DNA from: Candidatus Latescibacterota bacterium
GTDB lineage: Bacteria; Latescibacterota; UBA2968; UBA8231
Assembly (NCBI GenBank): GCA_965243025.1
Contig: CBDETY010000003.1
Span: forward strand, 6,240,001 to 6,304,000
Length of the DNA stretch: 64,000 nt
Direction: 5' to 3'
Shown here: piece after piece, positions 42,360 to 52,192 of the stretch
Layout of the letters: each line of letters opens with the position of its first letter
Position numbering within the stretch: the stretch's first letter is position 1
Notes under the pieces: generated by a model
Told to the model about the DNA's origin: nothing
The model's input: the letters and a program-made list of their open reading frames with translations, nothing else
Database searches by the model: none
Program-made: the position numbers and the translations under genes

Positions 42360-43147
42360 GCGCCTGCGGGGCCCTGCTCAGCGCCCAGTTCAGGACCCTG
42401 CTGCAGTACCGGGCCGCGGCCCTGGCCGGCATGGGGACGCAGCTGTTCTTCGGGTTGGTGATCGTCATGGTCTACGAGGCATTCTACGCCTCGGCCGCCG
42501 GCCCGATGCCGATGACCCTTCGCGAGGTAATCACCTACACCTGGCTCGGCCAGGCGATGCTGGGGCTCATGCCGTGGAGCATCGACCCGGAGATCCGGGA
42601 GCGCATCCGCACCGGGGGAGTCGCGTACGAGCTGTTGCGGCCGGCCGACCTCTACAACATGTGGTTCGTCCGCTCGGTCGCCCGCCGCGCCGCCCCGACG
42701 CTGCTGCGGTCGCTGCCCATATTCGCGGTCGCCGGGCTGTTCCTCGGGCTCGAGCCGCCCCCTTCCGCGGCCGCCGGCCTCGCCTGGGCGGCGTCGACGC
42801 TCTGCGCCCTGCTGCTGTCGAGCGCCATCACCACCCTGATGGCGATCACCCTGATGTGGACGATCTCGGGGGAGGGGATCCTCTACATCATCCCGGGCAT
42901 CGCCGGCTTCTTCTCCGGGCAGTACCTGCCGCTGCCCCTGATGCCGGACCGGGCGGAGCGGCTCTTCGCGCTGCTGCCTTTCCGCGGGCTGATCGACATC
43001 CCGTTCCGCCTGTACCTGGGACGGGTTCCGGCGGAGGAGTGCCTGCCGCTGTTCCTGCACCAGCTCGCGTGGACGGCGGTCCTGGTGGTCGCGGGGCGCC
43101 GGGCCCTGGCCCGCGGCACCCGGCGGCTCGTCCTGCAGGGAGGCTGA
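42356..43147 (+). CDS. ABC-2 family permease
   Basis: LQYRAAALAG, ITYTWLGQ, IRTGGVAYELLRP, LPF....P..LYLG, ends LVLQGG. Confidence 0.9.
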   Translation: MSACGALLSAQFRTLLQYRAAALAGMGTQLFFGLVIVMVYEAFYASAAGPMPMTLREVITYTWLGQAMLGLMPWSIDPEIRERIRTGGVAYELLRPADLYNMWFVRSVARRAAPTLLRSLPIFAVAGLFLGLEPPPSAAAGLAWAASTLCALLLSSAITTLMAITLMWTISGEGILYIIPGIAGFFSGQYLPLPLMPDRAERLFALLPFRGLIDIPFRLYLGRVPAEECLPLFLHQLAWTAVLVVAGRRALARGTRRLVLQGG

Positions 43148-43151
43148 GCTC

Positions 43152-44036
43152 TTGCCCGGAGCCACCCCGCGGATCGGCAGCGGCACGAGCATATCCGAAG
43201 AACGCCGGCGCACCCGCCCCTGCATCGACCTCGTCCTCCCGCTCGCGGACACGCTGTCGCTCTACGGCCGCTATCTCGCGGTTTCGCTGCGCGGCCAGAT
43301 GCAGTACCGGGCCTCCTTCGCGATGATGGCCTCCGGCCACTTCTTCACCACCGCCCTGGAGTTGGCCGCGGTGTGGATGATGTTCGACCGCTTCGGCCAG
43401 CTGCGCGGCTGGTCGCTGTGGGAGGTCGGGCTCTTCTACGGCGTCGTCAACCTGTCGTTCGCCCTCTCCGAGGCGGTGGTGCGCGGCTTCGACCGCTTCG
43501 ACCGGCTGGTGAGGAGCGGCGAGTTCGACCGCGTCCTGCTGCGCCCGCGCGGGACCGTGCTGCAGCTGATCGGCCACGAGTTCCAGCTGCGCCGGGCCGG
43601 CCGCCTGCTGCAGGGAGCGATGGTGCTGGCCTGGGCGGCGGCGGAGCTGCAGCTCGCCTGGCCCCCGCAGAAGGTGCTGCTCCTCGCCGCGGCGGTCGCC
43701 GGAGGCGTCTGCCTGTTCAGCGGCATCGTGATCCTTCAGGCGACGCTCTGCTTCTGGACCATCGAGGGGCTGGAGTTGATGAACGCGCTGACCAACGGCG
43801 GCGTGTTCGCCGCCCAGTATCCGCTGTCGATCTACCGCGAGTGGTTCCGCCGCTTCTTCACCGGCGTCGTGCCCCTCGCCTGCGTCAGCTACTACCCGGT
43901 GCTTGGGCTTCTCGAGATCGACGACGGCTCCGGGGCGTTGCGCTGGCTGGCGCCGGCCGCGGGCCCGCTGTTCCTGCTCGTCTGCCTGCGGGTCTGGGGG
44001 TTCGGGGTCAGGCGCTACCGCTCGACCGGCAGCTAG
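43152..44036 (+). CDS. ABC-2 family permease
   Basis: QMQYRASF, GWSLWEV, VRSGEFDRVLLRP, QYPLSIY, GVRRYRSTGS. TTG start preceded by GGGAGG. Confidence 0.9.
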   Translation: MPGATPRIGSGTSISEERRRTRPCIDLVLPLADTLSLYGRYLAVSLRGQMQYRASFAMMASGHFFTTALELAAVWMMFDRFGQLRGWSLWEVGLFYGVVNLSFALSEAVVRGFDRFDRLVRSGEFDRVLLRPRGTVLQLIGHEFQLRRAGRLLQGAMVLAWAAAELQLAWPPQKVLLLAAAVAGGVCLFSGIVILQATLCFWTIEGLELMNALTNGGVFAAQYPLSIYREWFRRFFTGVVPLACVSYYPVLGLLEIDDGSGALRWLAPAAGPLFLLVCLRVWGFGVRRYRSTGS

Positions 44037-44346
44037 TGTCCGGACGGGCGATCCGGCGTCATTTCGCTCGCCGCCGGGTCGCGGCCGGCCGGGTTGCCCT
44101 TCGCTCGCCGTGCTCGTCCGGCAGGACTCGCAGGCGCTTGCGAGCCGGGTGCATCCGCCCCTCGTACGCTGAATTACCGTCGCCGGCACCAGGTTCCTGG
44201 GTGCACGAAAAAGCCGCGCCCCCCGCGGGCTCGCTCTACAAGAGCGGCACCCTCGAGAGACGCGGCTGTCTGTTCAGACCCGGTGATTACGCAGGCGCCG
44301 GGTCGGGCTGCTCGACGTCCGGGCCGGCGCGGAATCCCTCCCGGCG

Positions 44347-45003
44347 CTACGGCTGGGGAACGACGCGGATGTAGGGAAGCGGGGTCTCCCAGCCGTCGGG
44401 ATAGGTCTCCTTCGCCTCCTCGTCCGACACCGCCGGCACGATGATCACGTCCCCTCCCCGCTGCCAGTTGGCCGGGGTCGCGACCTTCTTGGTCGCGGTC
44501 AGCTGGCAGGAGTCGAGCAGGCGCAGGACCTCGTCGAAGTTGCGCCCCGTGCTCATCGGGTAGGTGATCGTCGCCTTGATCTTCTTGTCGGGGCCGATGA
44601 CGAACACCGACCTGGCGGTGGCGTTGTCCATCGGCGTGCGCCCCTCGGAGGTGTCGCCGGCGTCGGCGGGCAGCATGTCGTAGGACTTGACGACCTTCAA
44701 CTCCGGGTCTCCGACGAGCGGGTAGTTGATCGCGTGGCCCTGCGACGCCTCGATGTCCTTCGACCACGCGTGATGGTCGCTGACGCCGTCGACGCTTATC
44801 CCGAGCACCTTGCAGTTCCGCTTCTCGAACTCCGGCTTGAGGCCGGCCATGGTCCCCAGCTCGGTGGTGCAGACCGGGGTGAAGTCCTTGGGATGGGAGA
44901 ACAGGATTGCCCAGCCGTCGCCGATCCACTCGTGGAAGTTGATGGTGCCTTCCGTGGTCTGGGCGGTGAAATCGGGGGCTTCGTCGTTGATTCTCAGTGT
45001 CAT
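44347..45003 (-). CDS. 1-Cys peroxiredoxin (Prx6 family)
   Basis: LFSHPKDFTPVCTTELG, YPMSTGRNFDEVLR, VATPANW. Confidence 0.96.
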   Translation of the reverse strand: MTLRINDEAPDFTAQTTEGTINFHEWIGDGWAILFSHPKDFTPVCTTELGTMAGLKPEFEKRNCKVLGISVDGVSDHHAWSKDIEASQGHAINYPLVGDPELKVVKSYDMLPADAGDTSEGRTPMDNATARSVFVIGPDKKIKATITYPMSTGRNFDEVLRLLDSCQLTATKKVATPANWQRGGDVIIVPAVSDEEAKETYPDGWETPLPYIRVVPQP

Positions 45004-45146
45004 GGTAGTCCTCCTGGGGGATGGCTATCTTTGCGCGAAGAGGCGCACATCGGATTGAAAAAAGGTATGGACAGGGGTCCGTCAAGAGCAGAGAGACGGG
45101 AGAAAATCCTGTCTGTCGTCTTCCTTCTTCCCGGGGAGCGGAGGCC

Positions 45147-46223
45147 GTGAAGACCACGGCCAGGCTGATTCACGGCGACGCCACCTGCATGGCCGGGGTG
45201 GGCGACGGATCGGTCGACCTCGTGGTCACCTCGCCGCCGTATCCCCTGATCGAAATGTGGGACAGCCTCTTCAGGGAACGGGTGCCCGGCGTCGACGAGG
45301 CGCTGGCCGCCGCCGACGGGGACCGCGCCTTCGCCCTGATGCACCGCCACCTCGACTCCGCCTGGCGCGAGGTCCACCGCGCGCTGCGGCCCGGGGGGAT
45401 CGCCTGCATCAACATCGGCGACGCCACGCGCACCCTGGGCGGCGAGTTCCGCCTCTACTCGAACCACTCCCGGGTGATCGCCGCCCTGTCGCAGCTCGGT
45501 TTGGTCACGCTGCCCGACATCCTGTGGCGCAAGCCGACCAACTCGCCGGCCAAGTTCATGGGGTCCGGGACGCTGCCGGCCGGCGCCTACGTCACCTACG
45601 AGCACGAGTACATCCTTATCGCCAGGAAGGGGAAGCGCCGCCGGTTCAGCCAGCCCGGGGAGAAGGCCCTGCGGCGGCAGAGCGCCTATTTCTGGGAGGA
45701 GAGGAACTCCTGGTTCTCCGACGTCTGGTTCGACCTCAGGGGAGCCGGGCAGAAGCTGGTCGATCCGGCCTCGCGGGAGCGCAGCGCCGCCTTTCCGTTC
45801 GAGCTGGCCTACCGGCTCGTCTGCATGCATTCGATCAAGGGGGACGTGGTGCTCGACCCTTTTTCCGGCACCGGCATGACCGCGGCCGCGGCGATGGCGG
45901 CCGGGAGGAGCTCGATCGCCGTCGAGATCGACGGTCAGCTTCTCGCGGTCGCCGGGAACATGCTCGGTTCCCTGGCGGAGTTCGCCAACGAATACACCCG
46001 GGAGCGGCTTCACCGGCACGTCGAGTTCGCCAGGAGGAGGGCGCAAGAAGGAGGGGGGATGAAACACGTCAACCGGAACTACCTCTTCCCGGTGGTGACT
46101 TCGCAGGAGCGGGACCTGATATTCAACGACATCGCATCGATTTCCGGCGGGAACGGTTCGATATGCGCCCGCTACGACGAGGAGCCCCAGACCGACTTCA
46201 CGGGGAACCGAAAGGACGCCTGA
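45147..46223 (+). CDS. Site-specific DNA methyltransferase, beta class (N4-C/N6-A), orphan
   Basis: Motif IV (VVTSPPY) precedes motif I (VLDPFSGTG); also ILWRKPTN, EHEYIL and AFPFELAYRLV. Confidence 0.92.
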   Translation: MKTTARLIHGDATCMAGVGDGSVDLVVTSPPYPLIEMWDSLFRERVPGVDEALAAADGDRAFALMHRHLDSAWREVHRALRPGGIACINIGDATRTLGGEFRLYSNHSRVIAALSQLGLVTLPDILWRKPTNSPAKFMGSGTLPAGAYVTYEHEYILIARKGKRRRFSQPGEKALRRQSAYFWEERNSWFSDVWFDLRGAGQKLVDPASRERSAAFPFELAYRLVCMHSIKGDVVLDPFSGTGMTAAAAMAAGRSSIAVEIDGQLLAVAGNMLGSLAEFANEYTRERLHRHVEFARRRAQEGGGMKHVNRNYLFPVVTSQERDLIFNDIASISGGNGSICARYDEEPQTDFTGNRKDA

Positions 46224-46225
46224 CG

Positions 46226-47260
46226 ATGACAGCACCGATCCGTTGCCTCGCACTGGCTGTTCTTCTGACCACCTCGGCAACCGCCGCCGCGGAGAGCTTC
46301 GAAACGCAGCTCCTCGCCCTCGGGCACGCCCGGCTCAACGCTCCGAAAATGGGAAGGTCCGCCGACTTCCTGTCGGAGCTGAGCGCCCTGACCGGCATGG
46401 AGGAGGCGGAGGTGCGGAGCAGGCTGCTGGCCCTGACCGACAGCCTCGAGGCGCGGCGCAACCGAAAAAGCCCGGCCTGGAAAGGGCTGCTTGCCCTGCG
46501 GCCGCAAGAAGTGACGGAAAGGGAGGCGTCCGAATTCCTCAAGCACCTCCTCAAGGAGTCGCGCAAGCTCGTCGAGGAGGACAAGAGCAAGTCGCTGACC
46601 GCCGTCGTCAACAAGGCGAGCCGCAGGTCGAGGCTCGCCTACGACGGGCAGGCGCTGCTGATGAGGATCGTCGGCGAACCCTCGCGCCGTTCCGCCCGGG
46701 CCCGGGCGGGGGACAGCAAGGTGGGGATCCTGGTCGAAGCCAGGCCGTTCCTCCTGCACCGGGACAGCCCCCGCGAGGACCGCGGGGACCGGCTGGAGGC
46801 GCTGAAAGTCCGCCTTCTCGGAAAGCCGGACAACAACTTCTACATGTTCTTCGGAGTCGACACCCCGCAGGCGGTCCTCGACGAGTCGGATGAGCTGTAC
46901 GCCGCGGTGAAAGCGGCCTTGATCGAAGCGCTTCCCGGGTCGGCACGGGTGAAGTGGGCGGTCGGTTCGGCAGGGAAACAGCTGCAGCCGGATTACCGCC
47001 TTCGGGTCCGCTACAGCTACGGTCTGGCGAATCCGGCCGAGACAGGAGATCCGTCCCAGCCGGGGGAGTGGATGATCTCGTTTTTCGTTACCGAGGTGAA
47101 TTTGATCGACGTCGAGACCGACAGCCGGGTCTTCCAGGAGGGGAGCTACGGGATTTCCCTGCCCATCCGGCCGGGTGAGGAGGGGAACATCGAGCAGGCG
47201 GCAGCCGCCCTGGCGGAGCGGCTGGCCAGGGAGGTGGACGATTTTCTCAGGGGGGGCTGA
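46226..47260 (+). CDS. Hypothetical secreted protein
   Basis: Signal peptide MTAPIRCLALAVLLTTSATAAA; 344-aa frame with typical codon usage; no family recognised. Confidence 0.7.
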   Translation: MTAPIRCLALAVLLTTSATAAAESFETQLLALGHARLNAPKMGRSADFLSELSALTGMEEAEVRSRLLALTDSLEARRNRKSPAWKGLLALRPQEVTEREASEFLKHLLKESRKLVEEDKSKSLTAVVNKASRRSRLAYDGQALLMRIVGEPSRRSARARAGDSKVGILVEARPFLLHRDSPREDRGDRLEALKVRLLGKPDNNFYMFFGVDTPQAVLDESDELYAAVKAALIEALPGSARVKWAVGSAGKQLQPDYRLRVRYSYGLANPAETGDPSQPGEWMISFFVTEVNLIDVETDSRVFQEGSYGISLPIRPGEEGNIEQAAAALAERLAREVDDFLRGG

Positions 47261-47494
47261 AACCCCTCCTGTCCATGCGGGCAGGGGAGCGGCATGCGGC
47301 GTGAGCGACCGCCGGCAGTCGATTCGGTTTATGGAACGGCTGTAGGTGAAGGACTTTTCCGGCGCTATCTTTTAGGGAAGGTGGCCGCCATCCGCCAGGA
47401 GGGTTGCTGTTTACTCGATTTGCCCCGCAGGGGGGCGGGAATGCAGCGGCCGCGGTCAGGTGAATTACACGGCACGATCCGTGGAGGCTGAATC

Positions 47495-49492
47495 ATGAAT
47501 TCCTCGTCGAGAGCTTCGCGAACCAGAGGGCGCCGGGTGCGGCTGCCGCGAACGGCCATGCCCGCCGTCCTGGGGACCCTTCTCGCCGCGGCTCTGTGCG
47601 GCGACCTGTGGGCGCTGACCATCTACCGCTTCGGCGGGGGGGACCTGCCGGCGCCGGAGGAAGCGGGGCAGGAAGGGGTCGAGTTCATCCAGCGGAGCTG
47701 GCTCGATCCGGTGGACCCCGATGCCGGAGGGAGCCTCTTCCAGGTCGATCTCGACAACGGCACCATCAGGGCGCAGTACTACGGCGTCGACGAAAACATC
47801 GCCCTGACCGCCGCCGACAGGGGCGAGGGGGTGCGCGAGTCGACCCGGAAGGACGAACAGTCAGCCGCCGTCGACGGGGACCTGACCACGGCGTGGTACC
47901 CCGAGCAGTACCTGTGCGCCAGTTTCGACGCCCGCCAGGTCGCCAGCGGCCGCTGTACAGGCGATTACAAGGGGATCGACCGCTGGACCTTCGGGCTGGG
48001 GGGATTCTTCTACATCGACAAGGTCAGGATCATCTCCGGCCTCGGGGACGAAGCGGCGATCATGACCAACTTCCGTGTCTCGGCCGCCTCGGGGCGGGTC
48101 GCCAGCTCGACCTACGGCATCGCCTCGACGCGGCAGGTCTTCAACGAGATGGCGGAGATCCGCGGCAACCGCAGCGAGTTCCTCGACATCGAGTTCCCGC
48201 CCCACGACCGGATCGATTTCATCAACGTCCAGGCCGCCGAGCACAACAGGGAGTGGGCGGTCTACGAAATCGAGGTGTACGCGCGCGGCTACGTCGAGTC
48301 GTCCTCCTACGTCTCCGACGTGATCGAGTTCGACCGGACGATGGCCTGGGGCGACCTGAAGTGGTCGGGCAGCGAGGATCCCGGCGCCGAAGTGCGCATC
48401 CACACCCGCAGCGGCAACACCGCCGACCAGAACCTCTACTGGCAGTATACCGGCCGCGGCGAGAAGATCCCGGTTGAGGACGCCAAGACCTACAAGCGCC
48501 TGAAGCTCGGGGAGAGGGCCGGCACCACCTACGACCGGGACAACTGGACATTCTGGTCGGCGCCGTACGACTTCGCCGACAGCACCGGGACCCCGGTGGT
48601 CAGCCTCGGCCCGCGGCGGTTCTTCCAGTTCAAGGTCGACGTGATCCCCTCCAGCGAGGCGGGGGGCGAGCTCGATTTTCTCGAGTTCCGCGTGTCGGAG
48701 CCGCTCGCTTCCGGGCTGATCGGCGAGATCTCCCCGACCCGGGCGCAGATCGCCGAGCCGACGGCTTTCACCTACTACCTGCAGCCGTTCCTCGAGGCCG
48801 GCGCTTCCGGTTTCGACGGCCTCGAGGTCTCGACGTCGTCGATCGTCAACGGCGTGCGCTCCCTGCGCATAGGAGAGATCGACTGGCCCTTCGAGGTCAG
48901 GCCGCTCGACGAGAACGGCGTCGAACTGTCCGGCTTTCCCGCCAACCGGTTCGAGCTGACCTTCGCCGACACCAGGCTGGTGGCCGCCGACAGCGGCACC
49001 CCGGTCGAGATCGACTTCGATGCCAGGGTGCTGAGGTCGGGGGCGGCGTTCGAGGCGCGGGTGTTCGACTCGACGCAGCCGCTGGCGGTGCGCCAGAAGG
49101 TCGCCCCGGGAGACGCCAACAACCTCGTCGAGGGAAACACCCTTTCGGTCTCGACCTCCGCCGACGCCGAGCTGCTGCTGCAGACCGAGGTCTTTCCCGC
49201 CGCCATCACTCCGAACGACGACCGCGTCAACGACCTGGCCAGGATTTCCTACGACCTGCTCGAGATCATCGGCGACGCCGAGGTCAGCGTCGAGATACGC
49301 GATCTCTCGGGGCGGGTGGTGCGGCAGGTGTACGCGGGCCGCGACCTGGTGGGCAACTACGAGCGCGAGTGGGACGGCAGGGACGACGCCGGCGAGGTGG
49401 TGCCCCCCGGGATCTACCTGTACCGGATCGAGGTCGACACCGACCGGGACCGGGAGGCGGTAAGGCTCGGGCTGTTGAACGTGGCCTACTGA
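47495..49492 (+). CDS. Secreted TPNGDGxND/FlgD-Ig C-terminal domain protein (paralog 2)
   Basis: GGAGG RBS; signal peptide, then LTIYRFGG; VDGDLTTAW; NWTFWSAPY; ITPNDDRVND...WDGRDD...PPGIYLYRI...NVAY. Confidence 0.82.
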   Translation: MNSSSRASRTRGRRVRLPRTAMPAVLGTLLAAALCGDLWALTIYRFGGGDLPAPEEAGQEGVEFIQRSWLDPVDPDAGGSLFQVDLDNGTIRAQYYGVDENIALTAADRGEGVRESTRKDEQSAAVDGDLTTAWYPEQYLCASFDARQVASGRCTGDYKGIDRWTFGLGGFFYIDKVRIISGLGDEAAIMTNFRVSAASGRVASSTYGIASTRQVFNEMAEIRGNRSEFLDIEFPPHDRIDFINVQAAEHNREWAVYEIEVYARGYVESSSYVSDVIEFDRTMAWGDLKWSGSEDPGAEVRIHTRSGNTADQNLYWQYTGRGEKIPVEDAKTYKRLKLGERAGTTYDRDNWTFWSAPYDFADSTGTPVVSLGPRRFFQFKVDVIPSSEAGGELDFLEFRVSEPLASGLIGEISPTRAQIAEPTAFTYYLQPFLEAGASGFDGLEVSTSSIVNGVRSLRIGEIDWPFEVRPLDENGVELSGFPANRFELTFADTRLVAADSGTPVEIDFDARVLRSGAAFEARVFDSTQPLAVRQKVAPGDANNLVEGNTLSVSTSADAELLLQTEVFPAAITPNDDRVNDLARISYDLLEIIGDAEVSVEIRDLSGRVVRQVYAGRDLVGNYEREWDGRDDAGEVVPPGIYLYRIEVDTDRDREAVRLGLLNVAY

Positions 49493-49559
49493 CCGCCCCC
49501 CCACCGGCGTCACCGGCCCTGGTGGGGGCCGAACGTCTGTCCGTGCGATCCCATCTCGC

Positions 49560-49624
49560 GATGGCCGTTGCGGGTGCCGGAGCTCCAGCCTGACGAAGGT
49601 TGGCCAACCGGAACCACGGCCATC
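49560..49624. other. Long intergenic stem-loop
   Basis: GATGGCCGT/ACGGCCATC outer arms with inner CCGG/CCGG and CCAGCCT/AGGTTGG stems; a second hairpin lies at 49497-49528. Confidence 0.5.
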
Positions 49625-49639
49625 CAGGCAGGACCGGCG

Positions 49640-52192
49640 ATGGATCGATCAGCGGCGAAGGCAAGCCCGACGGGTAACGCCGCGGCACCCTGGCTGACGG
49701 CGCTGGCCCTCCTCTGTCTGGCGGCGATTCCCCTCTTCTCAGATCAGGGCTACAGCTTCCGCGCCAACCAGATCGTCGCCGAGACCCGGGAGCACTGGGA
49801 AGCCTGGGACGTCAATGCCGGCATCTCCTGGATCACCCCCGACGGATCGGTCTCCCCCCGTTTCCTGCGCAAGCCGGTCAACGCCGCCCTGGAGGCCCCC
49901 CGGTACGATGTGAAGGTCCGGGGGGGTGTATCGGCCGGCTCCAACGAGCACCTCGCCCACCACCTGATCGACGGCGATCCCGCCACCTGGTGGGAGCCGG
50001 ATCTCGACCGGCCCCCTGGGGACTGGTGGGTCCAGCTCCGCCTGGGCCGTCTCGTGGCCGTCGAGAAGATCGTGCTGCGCTTCGTCGAGGAGGACGCCGG
50101 GGAGCCCTTCCTGCAGTTCGACGTCCTCGGATGGCGGTATCCCCCGCCCGAGGGAAGCGCCAGGTACCTGCTCGGAAGGGACGTCGCGAGGTTCTGGTAC
50201 CTGTTCGAGACCGACAGGCCGAACCGGACCCGGCGGATGTTCGAGATCGAGCGGAAGGTAGCGACCTTCAACGAGGAATTCACGGGGGAGGCGCTGGACG
50301 TCCTCCATATCCTGGTAACCGACAGCGCCGCCGACCGCCTGCGGGAGGTCGCCCCCGACACGTACGAGGCCCTGCCCGCGGACTCGAGGGGCGCGGTGGA
50401 GTACTACCGCAAGGGGGGCAGCCGGCAGACCCTGACGACGCGGGAGAGTTACGAGGCCCTGCCGCCGGAGCGGCAGGGGCGGATCCGGTACTATCAGCGC
50501 GAGCGTCCGCGCCTGGCGGAAGTGGAAGTCTGGGCCCCGGGGGACAACCTCAACTACGGCCGCGGCCAGCAGGGAGGGCGGACGCAGCTGTGGATCGGCA
50601 CCAACCTGGGGGAGTCCGGGGGAAAGAAATACACCCTCGCCAACGTGGTGACCGACGCCGACTATTCGACCGGTCCGAACGTCAGTACCAGCGGGGACAG
50701 CTATTTCTTCGAAGACCTCGGCACCCGGTTCTGGGTGGACGCGGTGGAGTTCTGGACCCACGAAATGTCGGTCAGGGATCTGCAGATCTCCGACGGGGCC
50801 CTCGCCCCGGACGGCTCCGTCGAGTGGACCGAGGTAGTGGCTGGAGAACGCTTCGGGCGATACTTCGACGAGCAACTGTCCAGGGTCTTCCGCATCGAGC
50901 CCACACGGATCCGCTACCTGCGCTCTCGCATCAGCTCGGGGGGCGGCACCCTTCTCGAGGTGATGGTCTACGGGGAGGGATACGTAGCCGAGGTGGCGCT
51001 GATCTCCGAACCGATCGGGATGCGCCGGCACCAGAGCTTCGTCTCCATCGAGTGGGAGGCGGATACCCCGGTGGGCACCTGGGTCGAGATCGCCACCCGG
51101 ACCGGCGACCGGCTGCGCGAGCAGCTGACCTACTACGACAACAACGGCATCGAGGTGACTGCCGATCGCTACCGGAGGAAGCTGCCGCGGCCGAAACAGG
51201 GAGAGATCGTCTCGCGCATGGTGCCGGACAGTGACTGGAGCCCGTGGACCCGTCCCTACCTGGAACCGGGGGAGGAGGTCAAGTCGCCGCTGCGGAAGTA
51301 CCTGCAGATCCGCGCCCGGGTCATGGCGGACACGGTCAGCAAGTACGGCCCTCCCGCGTCCCTGCACGCCATCCGGGTGAACCTGACCGACCTGTATGCC
51401 GAGGAGTTGATCGGCGAGGTCTGGCCCCGCTTCGTCGAGCGCATCGGGGAACCGGAGGAGCGCTCCTTCTTCATCCGGCCCCGGTTCACCCGGAGCGACC
51501 AGAGCTTCGACCAGTTCCGCATCACGGCGACGGCGCCGACGACGATGGAGCTGGTCGAAGTGCGCTCGGGGACGTTGGAAGATTTCGCGAAGGAGGAGAC
51601 GGAGCGCTGGCTGCCGGAAGACCTGGAGATCACCGCCTCGGGAGCCGACACCCTGCGGTTCCGGCTGCCGTCCCCGATCCGGCACGGGGTCGAGCTGGTC
51701 GAAGTGCGCCTCCGGCCGACGATATACGGCCACTCGGCCGCTTTCGAGGCGGGGGTGAAGGCGACCGGGGCGGCGGGCACCTGGCAGAGGGTGGAGATCG
51801 GCAACGCCGCGGAGGACGCGCCGAGCGAGTCCAACGTCGTCGTCGCCCTGGGAGACAACGCCGCCCTGACCGCGCTGCGGGTCGAGCCTTCGGTGGTGAC
51901 GCCGAACGGGGACGGGATCAACGATGCGGCGCTCTTCCGCTTCAGCGTCAACCGGCTGCACTCGGAGGCGGCGGTCGAGCTGTCGATCTACGACCTCGGG
52001 GGCCGGCTGGTGTACCGGGCCCGGGACGAGCGCGCCGACCCGCGCGGCCGCTACGCCCTCGAGTGGCGGGGGGAGGGAATGAAGGGCGGGCTCATTCCCC
52101 CCGGGACCTACCTGGCCCGGGTCGAGCTGGCGGCCTACTCGGAGCGGGCGCAGCAGACCTCCCTGACCCGGATCCTGCGGGTGGCCTACTGA
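49640..52192 (+). CDS. Secreted TPNGDGxND/FlgD-Ig C-terminal domain protein (paralog 3, long form)
   Basis: Signal peptide; LIDGDPATWWEP; DWSPWTRPY; VTPNGDGIND...DLGGRLV...PPGTYLARV...RVAY. Confidence 0.82.
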   Translation: MDRSAAKASPTGNAAAPWLTALALLCLAAIPLFSDQGYSFRANQIVAETREHWEAWDVNAGISWITPDGSVSPRFLRKPVNAALEAPRYDVKVRGGVSAGSNEHLAHHLIDGDPATWWEPDLDRPPGDWWVQLRLGRLVAVEKIVLRFVEEDAGEPFLQFDVLGWRYPPPEGSARYLLGRDVARFWYLFETDRPNRTRRMFEIERKVATFNEEFTGEALDVLHILVTDSAADRLREVAPDTYEALPADSRGAVEYYRKGGSRQTLTTRESYEALPPERQGRIRYYQRERPRLAEVEVWAPGDNLNYGRGQQGGRTQLWIGTNLGESGGKKYTLANVVTDADYSTGPNVSTSGDSYFFEDLGTRFWVDAVEFWTHEMSVRDLQISDGALAPDGSVEWTEVVAGERFGRYFDEQLSRVFRIEPTRIRYLRSRISSGGGTLLEVMVYGEGYVAEVALISEPIGMRRHQSFVSIEWEADTPVGTWVEIATRTGDRLREQLTYYDNNGIEVTADRYRRKLPRPKQGEIVSRMVPDSDWSPWTRPYLEPGEEVKSPLRKYLQIRARVMADTVSKYGPPASLHAIRVNLTDLYAEELIGEVWPRFVERIGEPEERSFFIRPRFTRSDQSFDQFRITATAPTTMELVEVRSGTLEDFAKEETERWLPEDLEITASGADTLRFRLPSPIRHGVELVEVRLRPTIYGHSAAFEAGVKATGAAGTWQRVEIGNAAEDAPSESNVVVALGDNAALTALRVEPSVVTPNGDGINDAALFRFSVNRLHSEAAVELSIYDLGGRLVYRARDERADPRGRYALEWRGEGMKGGLIPPGTYLARVELAAYSERAQQTSLTRILRVAY

